A DNA stretch of 55,603 nt, counting the filler, from Squatina squatina (lineage: Eukaryota): the NCBI GenBank assembly GCA_031763465.1. It is 3 parts of 3 records of this genome, joined end to end, with 100 filler letters (N's around TTAATTAATTAA, not from the genome) between each part and the next. Parts side by side here need not be neighbours in the genome. Positions count along the whole stretch, not along the records: positions 36,137 to 55,603 come from JARFOE010000176.1; 2 more parts are not named here. One strand, 5' to 3'. Below are positions 49,236-55,603 of this stretch, one piece after another. Numbering within the stretch: position 1 is the stretch's first letter; each line of letters opens with the position of its first letter. The position numbers and the translations under genes are program-made. The notes beneath the pieces are model-generated. The model worked only from the letters and a program-made list of their open reading frames with translations. It did not search any database and had not been told where the DNA came from.

Positions 49236-49474
49236 AATGGTAAAGATTCCCCAGACTATGGTCTTAGCAAATCTTATACTTCATCTGGAACCACACTTGG
49301 AGTGGATTTACGAAGAGGAAGGAGACGTTTCTCTGGTAATCTACAGTTGCCGCCATTGGCTTGGAGGCAGGGGGAAAGAGCAAAGACTCCAGAAAGAGAT
49401 AGCATACCAAGACCTACCACTTTGCCATTGCGAGTACCTCCAAGGATAGCTATTACACCTGTGGACCAAGATTG
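49236..49474 (+). CDS. PDE4B: cAMP phosphodiesterase 4B, PDE4B1-type N-terminal exon
   Basis: tttttag acceptor; NGKDSPDYGLSKSYTSSGTTLGVDLRRGRRRFSGNLQLPPLAWRQGERAKTPERDSIPRPTTLPLRVPPRIAITPVDQD; donor TG|GTAAGT; 239 nt. Compare mammalian LSKSYSSSSNTLGIDLWRGRRCCSGNLQLPPL..RPTTLPL. The ORF track shows a different frame here. Confidence 0.92.
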
Positions 49475-52396
49475 GTAAGTCTGTAACCTACTATTAGTAT
49501 ATGGAATCTCACTATGGTGGTGGTGCTATTTTGGGCTGACTGGGGTTGGGTGGAGGTGGGGGGGAGCGGGTTAATGCAAAAGTTGGCTGACTTGGCAGTA
49601 AGGGGACCAAACTGGGAACTGCAGAATGCCAACATACTTGGAACAAAGGCTGAGTTGGGATCCCTACAGACTTGCAAGCCAAACTCAATGTTAAAAGTTG
49701 TAATACAGCATATTCTACCATCTGCTCGAAGGAAGGATGAGTGGGACACTTGNNNNNNNNNNNNNNNNNNNNNNNNNNNNNNNNNNNNNNNNNNNNNNNN
49801 NNNNNNNNNNNNNNNNNNNNNNNNNNNNNNNNNNNNNNNNNNNNNNNNNNNNGAATATTTAGAATTGTCTACACCATAGGGCTGTGGATACTCATGTCGT
49901 TGATTATATTCAAGACAGAGATCGACATATTTTTGAATATTAAGGCTATCAAGGGATATGGTGATGGTGCAGGAAAGTGGTGTTGAGGTAGAAGATCAGC
50001 CATGATCATCTTGGCAGAGCAGGCTCGAGGGGCCGAATGGCCTACTCCTGCTCCTATTTCTTATGTGTTACTTTATTTTGATCAGCAGTCAATGTGAAGC
50101 CAGCAGAGAAACTGAGCCATATCATTGGCCCCATCATAGCATTACACCATGTAAGAAGTGAACGATTGTGTTTCAAGGATACACAGGAATTCTCTCCCAC
50201 AACTGAGTGGACTGCAGGGACTGTGTGGGAAAAATTAGAGCCAGATGTTTGTTTAAAATTGAAAATTAGTTGATTCCTATCTACCAGACTATTTTGGCAA
50301 CTAGATCTGCCCTGGAAATTATGATCTGTGATGAGTTTTAATTAGTCTTTTTATGATAGTACAATTAATTTGGATGTTGTGGTTCACTGACGCATGCATG
50401 TCAGAAGTGTAAAATAGTGATAAGGTTTGGACACAGGACAAGTCACTGCATGTTGCTAAACAAAAATATTATGTTTCTATTCGTACAGATATTTGAAAAA
50501 TATCAGGTGGGCACCGATCATCATAACATTCATTTGTAAATGTTGTTTTAATCCACTTTTACAGCATTTACAGTTTTTCTTTTTACCTCTGTTGCTGAAA
50601 TATCTACTCAGAATTGTAATGATAGCCATTGACTATAGGTGGCAGCAATGAATGTGTCTTTTTCTTACACAGACAAATGAATGGTTGATTTTCCTTTGGA
50701 GGGTGTTTGNNNNNNNNNNNNNNNNNNNNNNNNNNNNNNNNNNNNNNNNNNNNNNNNNNNNNNNNNNNNNNNNNNNNNNNNNNNNNNNNNNNNNNNNNNN
50801 NNNNNNNNNAGTCCTATTCCTAGTGGGCATGGTACTCAGAAGAAAATTGCCCATAATTCAGGACTAATTAATACTGAATTGTCAGTTTCACTATGAATGG
50901 CCACAACAATGTGTGAGTCTTGGAAATGTTACAATGGTGCAGTTGAAGGTGGTCTTATGAGATTACTGTTAAGATACACTATTGTGGCAGAGTACTGAGA
51001 CTTTCACTCTTGATCCAGCTTGGATGATTCCTGACCTGGCACTTCTTTGATGTTGGCAGTAATAGATACTATGCAGCAACTTGCATTCGTATAGCGCCTT
51101 TAGCATAGAAAAACATTGCAAGGTACTTCAAAGGGAAAAAAATAGCAATGCAATAATTTGGAAGAGGCCATTTCCAACTCTCCATCACAACCCTAAAGGA
51201 CTAATTTAATTAATATTACAGCTAATTCTGGAGATGCTGTTGTTATGATTCATGTGTGCTACAGATACTTTTTCTCCACTTCTACAGACAACCACATACT
51301 CCTTACAATTCAAAATGTGATGTTCTGGGTTATGCAGTGTGAACTGGTGGAACACAGGGTGAACAATGAAAACTTGTGTTGGATTGGCCACAGCTGCTTT
51401 GTGAATAGACAGGCTATGTACCAGTTCAAATAACATTTACTTAATTGCTTCCTAAAGATTACATTTATTCAGATGTACTTTGAACAACGGGACCTGTTTT
51501 CAGCAGAAATCTCGTAAAGATTATTACTTGATTATGATTTTCAGTTCTCCATATTTCATAAGTGAACTGTTTTCTGACCTAGAAAGATATTATTCTGTTG
51601 AACAAAATAAGAAGATTAAGAATGCATCAAAAATTTGGGCATAGTTTTCTGAGTAATTCATTCCATCAATCAGGAAAATAACATTTATGAGAGGGCACAC
51701 TATTTGATTTAGTTGACCTTGCANNNNNNNNNNNNNNNNNNNNNNNNNNNNNNNNNNNNNNNNNNNNNNNNNNNNNNNNNNNNNNNNNNNNNNNNNNNNN
51801 NNNNNNNNNNNNNNNNNNNNNNNCAGACTTGCAAAACGGGTGATAGCAAATCGGCAGCCCATTTCAGAGCTCTCCCAATTTTGAGTCTCATTAGACTCCG
51901 TGTGTGAACCAGTTGGGTTTATGTGACAATCCGACAGCTTCATGGTCAGCTTTACAGGTACCAACTTTTTATTTCCAGATTTTAAAACATTCTCTGGGTT
52001 ACCAGTCCAGTATAATATCTCACTAACCCCAAGTTCCATTTTCAGAAACGTTAGGGAAGTGGAGGGGCTTTCATGAGTTTCACGAGACTCCACATCCCAT
52101 TTATTGCAGCAAGAATTGAGGTCTTAGCCTGCCTCATCTGCATTGAAGGCTTAATTCAGACAGTGGAGTCACTTCTCTGCTTCACTAATTCAAATTCCCC
52201 TAATTATTTTTGCCAACGTCATTGGATTAATTTTGTTTATTTTAATTTTTGCTTTAAGAGCAAAGCATCTTTTTTTAACTGATGTACAACAGCTGCTTAA
52301 TGTTATTGTGCTGAATCCTTTGCTGCTAGCAAGGCTAGCTGTGTGTGACACGGGACAAGAATTTTCAATGGCACAAATTTCTTGAGCATCAGCGAT

Positions 52397-52635
52397 ATGA
52401 CAACAAAGGACGTTTTTCGTTGTGAGCTTACTGCTCCCGAAAAGGATTCTTGCATAAGGACTTTTAAGGAGCATATGCATTTGGAACTGGAACCTTCCAA
52501 ATTGACAGGAAAGCGAGCCACTTCTCCAAAAATATCTCCTCGAAGCTCCCCTAGAAATTCTCCACGTCTATTCAGAAAGTTGTTGGTGAATAAAAGCATT
52601 CGTCAACGCCGGCGGTTTACTGTTGCACATACATG
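52397..52635 (+). CDS. PDE4B: cAMP phosphodiesterase 4B, PDE4B3-type alternative first coding exon
   Basis: MTTKDVFRCELTAPEKDSCIRTFKEHMHLELEPSKLTGKRATSPKISPRSSPRNSPRLFRKLLVNKSIRQRRRFTVAHT; donor TG|GTAAGA (phase 2). Compare MTAKD...CIKTFKEQMHLELE..TSPKISPRSSPRNSP..FRKLLVNKSIRQRRRFTVAHT. Confidence 0.95.
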
Positions 52636-55334
52636 GTAAGATATTAATTGTAGGGATATGCATTTTTAATTTCTATATGAAATGGATCATTAGGGACATC
52701 CTAACAGGAGCTATTAGCAAGATAAATTAAATTAGGTGAATGAAATATGTTGTTGTGATGCATTGTATTGAGAAATAATATTGTACTTTTTTTACCAGAA
52801 GAACTGTGGGAAGAACTACCCATTGATAAAAGAGCTTAGCATGTTTACTATGGAAAAAATCTTGTTGAGTGCTCGCGATGCAGTGATGGTTAGCAATGAT
52901 TGCAGCTGCACCTGCAGAACAGCTGTATAAGCAGCACAGTGGATGCGCCACTTCATCATCATGTCACAGCAAAGTGTGTGGTTCTGAATTGTATTCCTTT
53001 GTTATTGAAGGAAACTGAAAAAAAATCTCTTCAAGGACCAAGTATTGATATTATTACTGTTTTGCTTTCAGGGTTGTTCACAGGAATACAGCAGCATTAC
53101 TATATTTTTGAAAAAGCAGTTGTAAATAGGCTTCTATTGGCTAGTCTGAAATATCTGCAGTATGGGAGGCCACTGGAGCTCTAATTTAACTCTTAAAGCA
53201 AGTCCCCACCCTAAGTTTTTAATTTAAAAAAATTGCATTTCTGGTAAATAATAGGCACATGGTTAAAATGAGTATTCCAAGATTTAAAATACTTAATATT
53301 GACCTTCAGTTTTATTGTCAAATGTATTGTGTTCCTCCCTCAGCCCTTGATGGACTGCTCCATTGATGACATCGTGGTCTGACTCTCAGTGATGCTGCTC
53401 ACAATTTGTTAAACCTATGATATCAGCCAGTGGAACAGTTCATGCATCCAAGAGGGGAGCTACATAACTTTGCCATTTATATTTTAAGGTGTNNNNNNNN
53501 NNNNNNNNNNNNNNNNNNNNNNNNNNNNNNNNNNNNNNNNNNNNNNNNNNNNNNNNNNNNNNNNNNNNNNNNNNNNNNNNNNNNNNNNNNNNCCTTGCAT
53601 TTTGGCAGCCACAACTGGATTCAGTACTCAAGGTGTGTCTGACGTGAGCACTGTACAGTTTGATTAATACTTCCTCTCACTTATATTCATTGTTCATTAA
53701 TTTCATATTATGGACTCTAGTTATTTAACCACAACTGAGGTAAGACTAACAGGTATATAATTCCATGACTTATCCCTTTCCTCTTTTGCCACCATTTAGC
53801 AAGCGCCCTTTTCTTTCAAAAGAAAAATCAACTTTTAGATAATGCTGAATTCAAAATTGTCAGTAATATACTTTTATGATTATTCATCCACATCTCAAAT
53901 CCAAAGTTGATTCCTCAGAAGAAGTTTCAATCATCTTGTCTCTGGAGTATGATGAAGATCAGGAAAAAGAAGCAGTTGAAGAGAAGGAAGTGGACATCAC
54001 TGAAATCATGGAATAATTCTATTAATATTTTTGAGGTTGGAAACTCAAAAAAACAGGGGAGGGGAAAATTATGAAGTTGGACCTGCATTCTACCTTCCAC
54101 TTTGTGACTTAGTGACCTGCAACTCTACCACATGGAGACAGCTGTTCTTGTGATGCAATGTATTGAATACGAGCCTGGCTATTTCTCTTAAAAGTTCAAT
54201 TCCAAATATCATCTAGTGGAGCATTCCAAATGCTTGGATGTTTGAATTTTGGTTATTATTTTCTTAAAATTAGTTTTATAATTTAACATTAATGCGCTTA
54301 AGTATGATACTTACTTTAAAAACAACTGTTTTAATCGGAGACTGTAGAAAGCTTTGCAGATGTTTAATAGATTTGGAATGCACAGTTTTAAAAGCGTCTG
54401 AAATGTAGTTGATTAATGGTTCTTGAGAACAGGTCAGGGAGAATTACTCTGATACTCATTGCATTATCACACCCTCAGCACAGTACTGTCGCCACACATT
54501 CTGACATTTGATGAGATGTGGGCTTTTCCCTGTGCAGGTATATTTAATTCATAACAAATATATCCTGTCAACTCAAGCATTTTCATTTGCTATGTAATAA
54601 CACATCTATCATATTATAACCTTTTAGAGACTAAAGTGTTGTGTAATTGCATGCTGAAGGGAGACAGATCAGTGCAAATGCAGTTTTTATTTCTTTTTTG
54701 TGCATATCTTGATATNNNNNNNNNNNNNNNNNNNNNNNNNNNNNNNNNNNNNNNNNNNNNNNNNNNNNNNNNNNNNNNNNNNNNNNNNNNNNNNNNNNNN
54801 NNNNNNNNNNNNNNNGATAAATATTTGAAAGGGTGAAGAATAAAAGGCTATGAGGAGAGGGCATAGTGGTTGGATTGTTTTTGGATTGCTCTGGCAAAAA
54901 GCCAGCACAGACATGATGGACTGAATAGCCTCCTATATTGTAAACTTCTATAGATCCCACAGTACATTCTACCGTGATGCAATATAATCATTATATGCAC
55001 TTTTAATAGCTTTGTTTGGTACATTCTGCATCACTATCCCTTTTCTGTGTATATCTTTTACAACTATAATTTTTCTTCATTTTACTACATTCTCTGCTGC
55101 TATTTTTCAATATTTGTGTCTACGTATTATTTTCTATAAGGTGTATAATTTTTTTCTCACATCTGTCCAGTTCTTTCAAGTCACTAACACGTTAATCACT
55201 ATCTGAGTGTGTACTCCTTGCTTCTCTTCTTTGCAAATTTGTAAGCTATCCTCTCCCAATAAATACCCTTAGGAATGCTTGCAACCTACCATTGGTAAAA
55301 TAAGATTTTCTCTGCTGCAGTTAAGTCATTCTCT

Positions 55335-55603
55335 AGTACAATTGTACACTCCACAACTTGGAGGGGAACTTGGAGGTGATGGTGTTCCCATACCCCTGCT
55401 GCCCTTGTCCTTCTAGGTGGTAGAGGGCGCAAGTTTGGGAGGTGCTGTCGAAGAAGCCTTGGCAAGTTGCTGCAGTGCATCTTGTAGATGGAACACAGTG
55501 CAGCCACGGTATACCGGTGGTGGAGGAAGTGAATTTTTAAGGTGGTTGATGGGGTGCCAATCAAGCGGATTGCTTTGTCCTGGATGATGTCGAGTTTCTT
55601 GAG
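55335..55603 (-). mobile_element. Non-LTR retrotransposon C-terminal fragment (RTE-X-like)
   Basis: Minus strand LKKLDIIQDKAIRLIGTPSTTLKIHFLHHRYTVAALCSIYKMHCSNLPRLLRQHLP, typical of a LINE post-RT region (LD.IQ.KA.RLI...SL.HRR.VA.L...YK). Confidence 0.7.

Noticed and set aside
49237-49449. 70-aa ORF MVKIPQ...
   Set aside because: Wrong frame of the PDE4B exon that starts at 49236.
1-55603. CRISPR arrays, operons, prophage, rRNA or a novel gene cluster
   Set aside because: No repeat-spacer arrays, long intronless ORFs or rRNA-like sequence. The gene neighbours are known vertebrate syntenic pairs or artificial joins.

Overview
Eukaryotic genomic DNA from a very fragmented, scaffolded draft assembly. 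The repeat landscape (DeuSINE/SacSINE1-like SINEs, CR1, L2, RTE, abundant PIF/Harbinger) points to a cartilaginous fish; this is inference. Most gaps are fixed 100-N spacers. Two spacers carry an artificial six-frame-stop linker (44N-TTAATTAATTAA-44N) and split the window into three blocks, each from a different vertebrate synteny group. Block 1 (1-18992) has the E2F4 first coding exon in a CpG island plus one ELMO3 exon. Block 2 (19093-36036) has one CFAP299 exon. Block 3 (36137-55603) has five leptin receptor (LEPR) exons (WSDWS, two FNIII exons, Box1, terminal exon with YMPQ), followed by a probable 5' exon and two isoform-specific exons of PDE4B. All recognised exons are on the + strand with canonical AG/GT boundaries, and most exons of each gene are missing. 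The rest is decayed transposable elements and unique intronic DNA. Most entries in the ORF track are spurious. I found no convincing new multi-gene system. The best leads are: a degenerate duplicate of the LEPR Box2-coding segment just upstream of the terminal exon; a possible short LEPR isoform; a 5'-inverted CR1 insertion that looks twin-primed; a CpG-retaining hairpin element with three CRE sites; and convergent two-ORF Harbinger remnants. Gene and repeat family calls come from recalled sequences, not from database searches.
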